Below are positions 1 through 8,678 of a DNA stretch of 24,000 bases, one piece after another (the stretch's first letter is position 1; every line of letters starts with the position of its first letter). The stretch spans positions 35,370 through 59,369 of the forward strand of contig JAJPJS010000022.1 of the NCBI GenBank assembly GCA_021324115.1. The letters run 5' to 3'. The translations under genes were made by a program, and so were the position numbers. The notes under the pieces were generated by a model. That model worked only from the letters and a program-made list of their open reading frames with translations, was not told where the DNA came from and made no database searches. This DNA is from Nitrososphaerota archaeon. GTDB taxonomy: Archaea > Thermoproteota > Nitrososphaeria > Conexivisphaerales > DTJL01.

Positions 1-1
1 T

Positions 2-1024
2 AACTTCGAGGGGACTATGGTAAGACACCTCTCATTCAGTGATGCGGGAGCAGTTCGGGCCTTCCTTGTCAAGGAGTCCCCGCGCGGGGTTTTTGTATCA
101 TCGGCAAAGTATGATTCTCCGTCTCTGCCGATGGAGGAGAAGGGCTTCATCTCGGCTAATCTGGTCTTTGATATTGATGCCGGAGATTTGGACCTTCCCT
201 GTCAGAGGGAGCACGACTTCTTTGTCTGCGAGACATGCGGGACGCCGAGCAAGTCTCAGATATCCACCTGCCCATCATGCGGGTCTTCAAAGATACAACT
301 TTTAAAATGGTCCTGCGATAAATGCATCAAGGGCTCTCTCAACGAAGCACTGAAACTGATAGACATACTCGAGTCCGACCTGGGGCTAACCGGCTCTTCC
401 ATATCACTTTACTTCTCTGGCAACAGAGGGCATCATGTACAGGTGGCGGATTCCGATTATGATGTTCTTGACCAACCTGCTAGAACCGAGCTGGTTGATT
501 ATCTCACGGGAAAGGGGTTCACCCCTAAGGTCCTGGGCTTCTCTCGCGACTGGTCGAACTTTGACGTTTCCAAACTTCCAGAGAAGGGTGAGCCTGGCTG
601 GAGGGGCAGGTTCGCGAGATTGATTTCAGGTGAGGGTCTGGATGCGAAGCAGGCTGTGGTTGCACTGTTCAACACCCAGAAGGACAGATTCCCCTCCACA
701 ATCCAGCAGATCGTGACGCCACTCGGCGTAAGGATCGATGGAGCGGTCACCACCGATATTCACAGAATATTCAGGATGGCTGGAACGCTGCATGATAAGA
801 GTGGTTTGCTGAAGAAGAAAATTCAAGACTATCAAGAGGATCCATTTGTGTCTGCTGTGGCGATCGACGCTTCACCGGTGAAGGTGAACGTGAACTTCGC
901 GCCGGAGTTCGTATTGAAGGGACAAAAGTTCGGACCGTTCAAGAGTGTCGAAGTGCGTTTGCCAGCGTACGCAGCGGTGTACCTTGAGTGCAAGGGATTG
1001 GCCAGGGTTGTTGAACAGAACTAG
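2..1024 (+). CDS. priS: DNA primase small (catalytic) subunit PriS, 5'-truncated by the window edge
   Basis: The frame is open from position 2 with no upstream stop. It has the archaeo-eukaryotic primase catalytic motif LVFDIDAGD and a Zn knuckle (CETCG...CPSCG). The VRHLSFS...FDID layout matches known PriS, where about 45 more residues precede this point. Confidence 0.9.
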   Translation, partial: NFEGTMVRHLSFSDAGAVRAFLVKESPRGVFVSSAKYDSPSLPMEEKGFISANLVFDIDAGDLDLPCQREHDFFVCETCGTPSKSQISTCPSCGSSKIQLLKWSCDKCIKGSLNEALKLIDILESDLGLTGSSISLYFSGNRGHHVQVADSDYDVLDQPARTELVDYLTGKGFTPKVLGFSRDWSNFDVSKLPEKGEPGWRGRFARLISGEGLDAKQAVVALFNTQKDRFPSTIQQIVTPLGVRIDGAVTTDIHRIFRMAGTLHDKSGLLKKKIQDYQEDPFVSAVAIDASPVKVNVNFAPEFVLKGQKFGPFKSVEVRLPAYAAVYLECKGLARVVEQN

Positions 1025-1113
1025 GAATATACTGACAGGGCTGCTGGATTTTGATCGATAAAAGGGGATAACTCATCTGTTAAAATTATCTCAAGGCAAC
1101 GTCCGAAGCCGAA

Positions 1114-1782
1114 GTGGAAACGAAGTATTCAAACCTGCTGTCGAAACAGTTGAGCCAGCTGGAAGCGCCAGGATTTAACGCTTTTATAGCGTTGGCCAGA
1201 TGCCAACCGCTGGTTATGAGCGAAGAACTCCTGTCCACACTGCAGAGAGAACTCGAAGAGGAGTTGATGACGGAGTCCATGGTTAAGCTGGACCCTGACC
1301 TGTACTCAGCAGTCGCCATCAGAATAAGGGAAATCAGGGAATCTATGGGGAACGGTGATTCCGCTTTTGTGAATAAGCTTCTCGAACGGGAAATTCAGCT
1401 GTTTACCTCCATGGCCGAAGACCTTCTTAAGGTCAGATTGCTGAAGTTTCTTGATAGAGCCATGAAGGGAGCCAATGAGATAAGCCTCACCCCGGAGGAA
1501 AGATACATGGTTGAACCGATGTACGACTCCGTCAAAAGGCTTCTGAGGATCAGGGAAGCGCTGTATGAAGGACACCCGTCGGTACTCGAGGAATCGTCAG
1601 ACAGTTACTCGGTCAAGTATATAGCGGTGAGGTTTTTGCAACATTCCCCGAAGATGGCAGGGATTGATTCCAAACAGTACGGACCTTACCGGAAAGAGGA
1701 CCTTGCGGTCATTCCGATCGATAATGCTAAACCCCTCCTGGAGCGTGGGGTCGTTGCAGAGGCTTGGGTGAGTCAGATTTGA
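1114..1782 (+). CDS. GINS subunit (Gins51/Gins15-like) replication factor
   Basis: ORF directly downstream of priS. It starts at GTG 1114; an in-frame ATG at 1216 would give 188 aa. It has a helical N-domain and a small C-terminal beta-type domain (VKYIAVRFLQHSPKMAGIDSKQYGPYRKEDLAVIPIDNAKPLLERGVV) typical of archaeal Gins51. priS-gins15 adjacency is a known archaeal arrangement. Not verified by search. Confidence 0.6.
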   Translation: METKYSNLLSKQLSQLEAPGFNAFIALARCQPLVMSEELLSTLQRELEEELMTESMVKLDPDLYSAVAIRIREIRESMGNGDSAFVNKLLEREIQLFTSMAEDLLKVRLLKFLDRAMKGANEISLTPEERYMVEPMYDSVKRLLRIREALYEGHPSVLEESSDSYSVKYIAVRFLQHSPKMAGIDSKQYGPYRKEDLAVIPIDNAKPLLERGVVAEAWVSQI

Positions 1783-2060
1783 AGTATCCCAAAACAAGGA
1801 CGATGTATTGTCCCAAATGCAAGAAACACACTGAACATACGGTATCGCTTTACAAGAAAGGAAAGGAACGTGCCTTCGCAGAGGGCACAAGAAGGCATGC
1901 AGAAGAAAAGAAAGGATACGGTGGCCAGAAGTACGCGGAGCTGGTCAGAACCGCAAAGACCACCAAGAAGTCCACACTCATGTTGAAGTGCAAGGTTTGT
2001 GGTTTTGTGGTGGGTAAGAAAGGTATCAGGGTTCGCAAAGTGGAGCTTGTGGAGTCATGA
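1779..2060 (+). CDS. rpl44e: 50S ribosomal protein L44e (eL42)
   Basis: KYPKTRTMYCPKCKKHTEHTV...KCKVCG, a zinc-ribbon L44e signature. The likely start is TTG 1779, overlapping the gins stop at 1780-1782 (tTGa). The ORF track starts at TTG 1764. Confidence 0.9.
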   Translation: MKYPKTRTMYCPKCKKHTEHTVSLYKKGKERAFAEGTRRHAEEKKGYGGQKYAELVRTAKTTKKSTLMLKCKVCGFVVGKKGIRVRKVELVES

Positions 2061-2133
2061 GGGAAGATTGGATAACCGGAAAAAACATTTTTGATAGCTA
2101 CTGCGTTGCTGATTGCTTGGGGTGTAGTGGTGC

Positions 2134-2334
2134 ATGGTGAGAAAGGAAAGGGTGCTGTACCCCCGTCCCAAATCCATGTTTCTACTTGTAAGATGCCCCT
2201 CCTGCAAGACTGAAAGGGTGGTTTATTCTCATGCCACCGTACCCACCAAATGTGATTCCTGCGGTGAAATCTTAACCGAGCCATCCGGTGGCAGGGCTAT
2301 GATACGGGCCGAGATAATTAAGAAGATGGATTGA
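2134..2334 (+). CDS. rps27e: 30S ribosomal protein S27e (eS27)
   Basis: 66 aa with FLLVRCPSCKTERVVYSHATVPTKCDSCGEIL, the C4 zinc ribbon typical of S27e. Confidence 0.9.
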   Translation: MVRKERVLYPRPKSMFLLVRCPSCKTERVVYSHATVPTKCDSCGEILTEPSGGRAMIRAEIIKKMD

Positions 2335-3110
2335 TGCCATTGTCGGTGGAACTTCCAGATGCCGGAGAGATTGTATTCGCCACCGTGAGCCAGATCACCC
2401 AGTTCGGCGCATACGTATCATTGGATGAGTACAACAACATGAGGGGTTTTCTGCACATATCGGAAGTATCCACAGGCTGGGTCAGAAACATAGACAGGTA
2501 CATAAAGCCAGGACAGAAGGTTGTTCTCAAAGTTGTAAGGGTTAACCCTGAAAGAAACGAGGTAGACCTTTCCCTCAGGCAGGTAACTAACGAAGAAAAG
2601 AAGGCGAAACTGATCCAGGTCAAGAGGGAATCAAAGGCAAGAGGAATACTGGATGTTGTCAAGAAGACGCTGGGAATAAGGGACGACGCCGATATAAGAT
2701 CCAAATTCGCTGAGGAGTATGGCTCTCTCTACGATGCACTCGAGGCGATAGCTAAAAAGCCAAGCGAAGCAGATAAACTGGGGCTTGACAAAAAGTATGA
2801 GGAAACCCTGCTAGAGGTTCTGGGGGAGAGGTTCAAGCTTCCCACAGTTGAAGTGAAGGGGATGTTCGAGATGACGTCCCCGAAACCTGATGGGGTCGAA
2901 GTGATCAGGAATTCCTTTCTCGCGGCCATCAAGCAGATGCCTGATGATGTAAAGGTGGACGTAACGTACGGAGGAGCGCCAAGATACTATGTCAGGTTGA
3001 AGGCTGATAACTTCAAGGTTGCGGAAAAGCAGCTGAGGAATCTGGTTGAAACAGTGACAAAACAGGCCGGGAAGAGCGCCGGGGTAAATTTCATAAGAGA
3101 AAAGAGCTGA
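2334..3110 (+). CDS. eif2a: Translation initiation factor aIF2 alpha subunit
   Basis: N-terminal S1 domain (GEIVFATVSQITQFGAYVSLDEYNNMRGFLHISEVSTGWVRNI). It occupies the conserved L44e-S27e-aIF2alpha-Nop10 position. ATG 2334 overlaps the S27e stop (TGATG); the ORF track lists TTG 2331. Confidence 0.92.
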   Translation: MPLSVELPDAGEIVFATVSQITQFGAYVSLDEYNNMRGFLHISEVSTGWVRNIDRYIKPGQKVVLKVVRVNPERNEVDLSLRQVTNEEKKAKLIQVKRESKARGILDVVKKTLGIRDDADIRSKFAEEYGSLYDALEAIAKKPSEADKLGLDKKYEETLLEVLGERFKLPTVEVKGMFEMTSPKPDGVEVIRNSFLAAIKQMPDDVKVDVTYGGAPRYYVRLKADNFKVAEKQLRNLVETVTKQAGKSAGVNFIREKS

Positions 3111-3111
3111 G

Positions 3112-3116
3112 TTTTT
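3112..3116 (+). terminator. Oligo-T run after eif2a (possible archaeal termination signal)
   Basis: A TTTTT run followed by CTTTCT lies immediately after the eif2a stop codon. nop10 follows, so termination may be partial. Confidence 0.25.
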
Positions 3117-3157
3117 CTTTCTGTGCTTAGGTTGAGTGCTTGTACATGCGCTGGCTT

Positions 3158-3295
3158 ATGAGACGCTGCCCGAAGTGTTGGCGTTATACGTTTGCTTCAG
3201 AGTGCCCCGTCGATGGAAGTAAAACTGTACTGCCTCATCCACCCAGGTTTTCTCCCGATGACAAGTACCTAGAACTCAGGTCCCGGCAGAAGTAG
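3158..3295 (+). CDS. nop10: H/ACA RNP component Nop10 (small ORF absent from the ORF track)
   Basis: My translation is [45 protein letters not shown]. This is the Nop10 zinc ribbon plus the PHPPRFSP motif. An alternative in-frame ATG lies at 3146. It sits at the conserved position after eif2a. Confidence 0.82.
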   Translation: MRRCPKCWRYTFASECPVDGSKTVLPHPPRFSPDDKYLELRSRQK

Positions 3296-5495
3296 AGCTG
3301 CTGTTAGTGCTGGAGACGTTCGAAACGGGTGCCGGATTGTACTTATAAATGAAAACCTGGGCTATGAAGCCCTGGCTATCGGGCGTGCCCGATGACTGGT
3401 AAACGAGTTCGAATGGGTGGGACCCAGGAGGGAAGTTCTGCGAGAGGGTGTAAATCGGCAATTCGATGTAAGTCGATGCCGCGGTGGGGTCATAGTTTGG
3501 TATGATATTCACAACCTGCTGAGTTGATGGGTTGATTTCTGCGTACCCCTGAGGTGAAAGGGGAAACATTCTCCCCAGTGTGGTGTTGGTGAAGAATGAA
3601 TTTGTCGGCATCAGGTTGTAAGGGTTGAGGAGGCCCTCGGAAGTAAGGTTGATCCTGGCGATGGTTGCCATCGCGTCGAATTTACCATCATCACCCCCAA
3701 CGGAGTAGACTCTGCCTAACGTATAGTACCCACCAAATCCGAGCTGACGGAGCGTAAGGAACACGACGACGTAGTTTCCTCCCATGTCTGATACAAGTTT
3801 CGATGCGGTGGTGACATTGGAAAGGAACATGGTTGCCACCTCCGCCATCCTGGTACTGTTGAGGGTGCCGTTGTCGATGAAGGTGGTCCGGTTACCCATT
3901 ACGGAGATCCAGTAACCGTAATCCCACCACGAAATTATCTTTGCGTTCTGTGGAGTGTTCTGGCTGATCCAGGTCAGGGCCTGGAGCCAGTCCGGAATGT
4001 AACTTGTGGTGAGGGCGGTCCCGGCAGTCGTTATGGCATATCCTTTGTTTGCAAATGGGAACCAGACGTATGCGGAGGAAAGCACGATCAGCACGATCAT
4101 TATCATGGCGTAGAACCCCTTTGTCAGATTTACCGAGCTGTTGCTGCTGCTTTTGTTCTTCGGGTCAGTAAGAGAAAATATGCGGCCGCTCAGTTCACCC
4201 AAAGCCACTGCCCCTACAAGGGCTATGGACACAGAAACGAACACCTGGAGCCTTGCAAACGAAGAAGCGACATAGAGCGCCGAGAGGAAGAATATAGCGA
4301 CGGCTATGGAGTATGGCTTCTTCCTTCGGAGGAGGAAATATCCCCCCAGAGGTGCCAGGAATATGAAAATTGTATAGTAGTCCAGCATCTGTGCACCAGT
4401 TGTGGGCTGCTGCTCCGCGACGGTCTGCACGGCAGGAGTTATCGACCTTGCAAACGGGTCAATTGCAGTCAGGTATCTTGAAGTTATATTCTTGAAGGGA
4501 CCGAAAAACACGGCGATCGCGCCCAGTCCTGCCATGCCGGCAGTGGCCAGCCACTTACCGAGTATCTTGTTCCTGTCCGGGAGGTTCTTTGCCACAGCAG
4601 TCACGACGAGCCCACCGAATGCGCCCAGGTACATAACGAACATGGATGGATTCGTGAGGTAACCAAGCCCCGGATTGGCGAAGGCCAGGCCTATGGACAG
4701 GTCAACCACCGTTGCAATTATCGCATTGTACGCCTTATTGTAGTCGGCTGAGAGAAGGAGAGGTACTGCGAAAAATGACACGCCTATGATTCCATTGAAG
4801 TACTCGCCACCTCCCCAATCCACGTTTGAATATCCGAGAAACAGACCGGCCAGCATCGCCCACATCAGCGATTTGCGTCTGTCGTGGGAATCGTACGATT
4901 CCATTATGAAATACAGTGCAAAGACACCAACAAGCATGGAGAGTGGTTCATGCTTGTACCAACCCAGGTCCGCCCTTGATATGAATCCCGGTGTAATAAC
5001 GGCAACCATCGCTGCGATTATTCCGGCCGAATTGCCGTAGATCTTCCTTCCTATGAGGAAAACAGGCACGATCATGAGTGTGGAGAGATAGGCCTGCTGA
5101 ATTATGACATAATCGTAAAGGCTTATCCCCACTCCAAGCACCCTTGTGAAGAATTCGTAGAGCAGAGCCGATGTATAGTAGAATCCTGAGTAGGTCGTGG
5201 TCGCAAGGTTGTACCCTATCGGGTACCAGGCCTGATAGTCGATCACCTTGTAGAAATCAAACAGACCTGCAAGACCCTTTGTATTGAGGTCGTTCACAAT
5301 TACGGAAGTTGCATAGTAGTGAAAGTATGGGTCAAATTCATCCAGGTAATATCCATAAAGGCCCATCTGGAGCCTGAACATCATACCCAGCGCGAACGCG
5401 ATGGCCAGCCCAAGGAAAGTCGCAGCTCTGCTCGGGCTTACAGTGGGTCTATGCACAAACGACCTAAGACGGCTGATAATCCCGAGGTTCGCCAA
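3276..5495 (-). CDS. aglB: Archaeal oligosaccharyltransferase AglB (STT3 family)
   Basis: 739 aa, polytopic N-terminal half. It has the acidic first-loop motif YLDEFDPYF, the catalytic WWDYG motif (ISWWDYGYW), and a soluble C-terminal domain. Confidence 0.93.
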   Translation of the reverse strand: MANLGIISRLRSFVHRPTVSPSRAATFLGLAIAFALGMMFRLQMGLYGYYLDEFDPYFHYYATSVIVNDLNTKGLAGLFDFYKVIDYQAWYPIGYNLATTTYSGFYYTSALLYEFFTRVLGVGISLYDYVIIQQAYLSTLMIVPVFLIGRKIYGNSAGIIAAMVAVITPGFISRADLGWYKHEPLSMLVGVFALYFIMESYDSHDRRKSLMWAMLAGLFLGYSNVDWGGGEYFNGIIGVSFFAVPLLLSADYNKAYNAIIATVVDLSIGLAFANPGLGYLTNPSMFVMYLGAFGGLVVTAVAKNLPDRNKILGKWLATAGMAGLGAIAVFFGPFKNITSRYLTAIDPFARSITPAVQTVAEQQPTTGAQMLDYYTIFIFLAPLGGYFLLRRKKPYSIAVAIFFLSALYVASSFARLQVFVSVSIALVGAVALGELSGRIFSLTDPKNKSSSNSSVNLTKGFYAMIMIVLIVLSSAYVWFPFANKGYAITTAGTALTTSYIPDWLQALTWISQNTPQNAKIISWWDYGYWISVMGNRTTFIDNGTLNSTRMAEVATMFLSNVTTASKLVSDMGGNYVVVFLTLRQLGFGGYYTLGRVYSVGGDDGKFDAMATIARINLTSEGLLNPYNLMPTNSFFTNTTLGRMFPLSPQGYAEINPSTQQVVNIIPNYDPTAASTYIELPIYTLSQNFPPGSHPFELVYQSSGTPDSQGFIAQVFIYKYNPAPVSNVSSTNSSSTSAGT

Positions 5496-5540
5496 CGACC
5501 GTCGCCACCCTGCAAAAGCAACCGTATAATAACTGTAGCT

Positions 5541-5948
5541 TTATCCGAGCAGCCCCTTTAAATATTCCGCATACCCCTTTGCATCGAGCAGGTTGCCTTT
5601 CTCAGATTCCAGGTTCGAGGGACTGATTTCAAAGAACCAACCATCCCCATAGGGGGACTGGTTTACCTTTTCCGGGTGTGTCGAAAGCGTTTCGTTGACT
5701 CTGATAACCCGGCCGGACAGAGGCGATGTCACATCCGCAGAGGACTTCACAGACTCAACACTGCAAACCCTGGAACCCTGTTTCTGTTCACTTCCCTGTG
5801 GTGGCAGTTCGACAAACACGATATCGTGTAGCTGGTCCGCCGCATAGTCTGTGATACCAACCACTGTGGAGTTCGCGCCTACCCTTGCCCACTCATGCTC
5901 CTTTGTGTACAGAAGGTCGTCCGGAATATCATACTTATCTAACTTCAA
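5541..5948 (-). CDS. gcvH: Glycine cleavage system protein H
   Basis: YTKEHEWARV...GITDYAADQL and the lipoyl-lysine motif SVESVKSSADVTSPLSG. Confidence 0.92.
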   Translation of the reverse strand: MKLDKYDIPDDLLYTKEHEWARVGANSTVVGITDYAADQLHDIVFVELPPQGSEQKQGSRVCSVESVKSSADVTSPLSGRVIRVNETLSTHPEKVNQSPYGDGWFFEISPSNLESEKGNLLDAKGYAEYLKGLLG

Positions 5949-7059
5949 CCCTGTTCTTCCTCCTGAAACCGTATAAATCCTGGTCGTAGAATGGCATCTT
6001 GCTGAGCTCTGCCCTGCACCTTGTCCCCCTTATCTCGATTTCCCAGGTATCCCCTACGGCGCCGGCCTCGACAAGCGCCATGCATATGCCTGTTTTGAGC
6101 GTAGGCGAGTATGTGCCACTCGTGACATAGCCGACTACCCTTCCTCCATTCAATACCGGGTTGTGTGCCCTGGGTATAAGACGCTCCCTGCATACCAGTC
6201 CCACGAGCATCCTCGCCGTGCCGGCAGCCTGTTTTTCATGCACGGGTCTGCCTATGTAGTCCTGCTTTGAAAGGTCGACGAATCTTGAGAGCCCAGCTTC
6301 GAAGGGGCTGATTTCCTCCGTTATGTCATTTCCGTGAAGAGCCAAGCCTGCCTCGAGCCTGAGGGTATCCCTTGCCCCAAGGCCGGCCTCAAGACCACCT
6401 TCCTGATACAGCCTCTTCTTCAGCGTTTCCCACAGAGTCAAGCCGTCCCTGGGTTCCTGTTTTGTTATTCCCTCCACGAGTATCTCAAAACCATCCTCGC
6501 CCGTGTAGCCGGTTCTTGCGATCAAACTCCCGTGGCCAGAATATTCCCTGCGGGCAAATCTGAAGCGCTTTATTTCTGAAACGCCAAAATCATAAAGTAT
6601 TTTGCCAGCTGCCGGTCCCTGGACGGCGACCAGTATCGACTCATCCGTTATGTCCGATATCGAGACATCCTTTCCTTCTGACCAGCGATTCAACCACTGG
6701 AAGTCCTTGGCCCGGTTGGAGCAGTTCACCACCATGTAAAAATCGCCTTCGCCGACCTTGTAGGTGATAAGGTCATCGATTACGCCGCCACTCTCGTTGC
6801 ACATGAAGCCGTAGACCGCCCTGCCCGGTTCTGCCCTGGCCACATCCACAGTAAGTACGTGGTTCAGGAAAGACTCCGCATCCTTCCCCACTATTCTGAA
6901 CCTGCCCATGTGGGAGACATCGAACATTCCAACGCTTCCTCTTACAGCGAGAACCTCCTCGATGATACCAGTGAAGAAAAGGGGCATCGTGTATCCGCTG
7001 AATTCCGTCAGTCTTGCGACGTTCTTGTAGGCTGGAAACAGCTGGGTTACCTGTGTCAT
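5935..7059 (-). CDS. gcvT: Glycine cleavage system T protein (aminomethyltransferase)
   Basis: GMFDVSHMGRF...TGYTGEDGFEI...ARDTLRLEAGL, the classic GcvT blocks. It overlaps gcvH by 14 nt, which suggests an operon. Confidence 0.92.
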   Translation of the reverse strand: MTQVTQLFPAYKNVARLTEFSGYTMPLFFTGIIEEVLAVRGSVGMFDVSHMGRFRIVGKDAESFLNHVLTVDVARAEPGRAVYGFMCNESGGVIDDLITYKVGEGDFYMVVNCSNRAKDFQWLNRWSEGKDVSISDITDESILVAVQGPAAGKILYDFGVSEIKRFRFARREYSGHGSLIARTGYTGEDGFEILVEGITKQEPRDGLTLWETLKKRLYQEGGLEAGLGARDTLRLEAGLALHGNDITEEISPFEAGLSRFVDLSKQDYIGRPVHEKQAAGTARMLVGLVCRERLIPRAHNPVLNGGRVVGYVTSGTYSPTLKTGICMALVEAGAVGDTWEIEIRGTRCRAELSKMPFYDQDLYGFRRKNRVEVR

Positions 7060-7082
7060 AGGTGAAGTATCGGGAGGTTATG

Positions 7083-7089
7083 ATATAAA
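7083..7089. promoter_or_regulatory. Central TATA-like box in the 53-nt gcvT/cofE divergent intergenic region
   Basis: ATATAAA (within ttatgatataaag) lies 23 nt from the gcvT start codon (7059) and 23 nt from the cofE ATG (7113). Confidence 0.4.
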
Positions 7090-7112
7090 GCTGATTTTGC
7101 GCAACCCAGTCG

Positions 7113-7886
7113 ATGGAGCTGATCCCGGTAAGGTCGAAGGTGAAGAAGGGAAGGTTCTCAGTACTCAGAGAAATGGAAAGAATGTTAAAGCGGGCAGATG
7201 TGCAACTAATTCAGGACGACATCCTAGCTGTATCTGGGAAATTTCTCGCGATGGCAGAAGGCAGGGTCGTGAAGCTGAGCAGTGTTGTACCACTCAGGGA
7301 TGCGGTGGAGATGGCACGAAAATACTCCATGTCGCCCCAGATGGCGGAGGTTGTTCTCAGGGAATCAAGTGTTGTGCTGAAGGGGATGAATGGTTTTCTC
7401 CTGACGGTGAAGGATGGTGCCTTCTCACCCAATGCTGGGGTTGACAGGTCGAACATAGGTCACGGAATGGTGATTCTGCATCCATCCTTTCCCTCGGAGC
7501 AGGCCAGAAAGATAAGGGATTGGGGGTTTATCCGGTACGGAAAAAGAATAGGTGTTCTGGTGACCGATTCAAGACTTCAACCCTTGCGCAGAGGTACGGT
7601 CGGGATTGCGATAGGCGCGTCAGGAATTCCATCCACACTCGATGACAGGGGAAAGAAGGACCTTTTCGGTAACCTGATGAAGGTTACAAGAAGGGCTGTG
7701 GTGGATGACCTCGCTTCAGCGGCACAGCTACTGATGGGAGAAACGACGGAGGCGACTCCCGTAGTTGTGATAAGGGGTCATGGGTTACCGATAAGGGAGG
7801 ACTTTGATGGCCTGGACATATCGATCCCGTTGTCTGAATGCATTTACGTCAGGGGGCTCAGTGGATACCTGCAAGACGATTCTTGA
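7113..7886 (+). CDS. cofE: Coenzyme F420-0:L-glutamate ligase
   Basis: CofE-type blocks: SGKFLAMAEGR, NAGVDRSN, GVLVTDSRLQPLRRGTVGIAIGASGI, DDLASAAQLLMGETTEATPVVVIRG. Confidence 0.85.
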   Translation: MELIPVRSKVKKGRFSVLREMERMLKRADVQLIQDDILAVSGKFLAMAEGRVVKLSSVVPLRDAVEMARKYSMSPQMAEVVLRESSVVLKGMNGFLLTVKDGAFSPNAGVDRSNIGHGMVILHPSFPSEQARKIRDWGFIRYGKRIGVLVTDSRLQPLRRGTVGIAIGASGIPSTLDDRGKKDLFGNLMKVTRRAVVDDLASAAQLLMGETTEATPVVVIRGHGLPIREDFDGLDISIPLSECIYVRGLSGYLQDDS

Positions 7887-8631
7887 AGCCCTCTGCGTCT
7901 CTGTACATCTGGATTCCGTGAAAGGCGAGGTATGCCTTTTGCGGACTGGCCTTCTTCAGTCCCGTCTCTATTGATTCGTACTCAGACTCCCCGAATCCGG
8001 TCCTGCTGTATCTGTCTGTCCCAAACAGCCTTGAGTACAGCTTTTCATGCCTGTACCCGGGCAATCCCCTAGTGAGGTCCACCGAATGAAGAATGCCCAG
8101 CTCCTCCATGCACGAAATTGTGTCCTCCTCGAGTGGATTCCTGGTTTCAAGGACAACGGTGATGTTTTCGTCTTTAAATTGGGACCATATTTCTCTGGCG
8201 CCGGTGAGTATGGACCTGTTAACCATGAGAGAGGCAGAAGTCTGGAATACGATGCAGCCGGCTTCCAGTATCTTGCACACCCTCACCATATAATTTACCT
8301 CGGCCATTGCTTCGGGTGACGGATGAAGCATGTTTTCGTGAGTGACCGCCCTGTTGCACTTAACCGAAAATTCGAAATCCTGGCTCACCCTCTTTTTCCA
8401 CGACTCAACGAGACGAAAGGAGGGGTTGGAATAGAATGTGCTGTTCACCTCCACAAAGTTGAATCTTTTGGAGTATGAACTTAGCCTGTCACCCGTTACA
8501 TTCAGATACTGCCAGCCCCCGGTACCGATCCTGAGGTCCAATGATCTTATGAGCAACAGGAGATGTTGATACCCCTTTCGGCTGTTCGATACTCCGATCA
8601 AAATTGGCAGGTAACCCAAGTACGCTTTCAT
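7858..8631 (-). CDS. DUF72 (UPF0759) family protein, paralog A
   Basis: RIGTGGWQY...FNFVEVNSTFY, the DUF72 N-terminal signature. The first ~30 codons look like an artefactual extension. A TTG at 8541 would give MDLRIGTGGW, parallel to paralog B. Confidence 0.75.
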   Translation of the reverse strand: MKAYLGYLPILIGVSNSRKGYQHLLLLIRSLDLRIGTGGWQYLNVTGDRLSSYSKRFNFVEVNSTFYSNPSFRLVESWKKRVSQDFEFSVKCNRAVTHENMLHPSPEAMAEVNYMVRVCKILEAGCIVFQTSASLMVNRSILTGAREIWSQFKDENITVVLETRNPLEEDTISCMEELGILHSVDLTRGLPGYRHEKLYSRLFGTDRYSRTGFGESEYESIETGLKKASPQKAYLAFHGIQMYRDAEGFKNRLAGIH

Positions 8632-8678
8632 CGAAAATCTAAACCGTTAAAGGTGCGGGTTTCATGACGTGTCTATAG

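Noticed and set aside
1850-2704. The - strand ORFs 1850-2284 (144 aa) and 2318-2704 (128 aa).
   Set aside because: They are antisense to the highly conserved rpl44e, rps27e and eif2a genes. They are shadow ORFs.
7097-7444. A 115-aa + strand ORF overlapping the start of cofE in another frame.
   Set aside because: The cofE frame carries the family motifs. The alternative frame is G/R/C-rich with no motifs.
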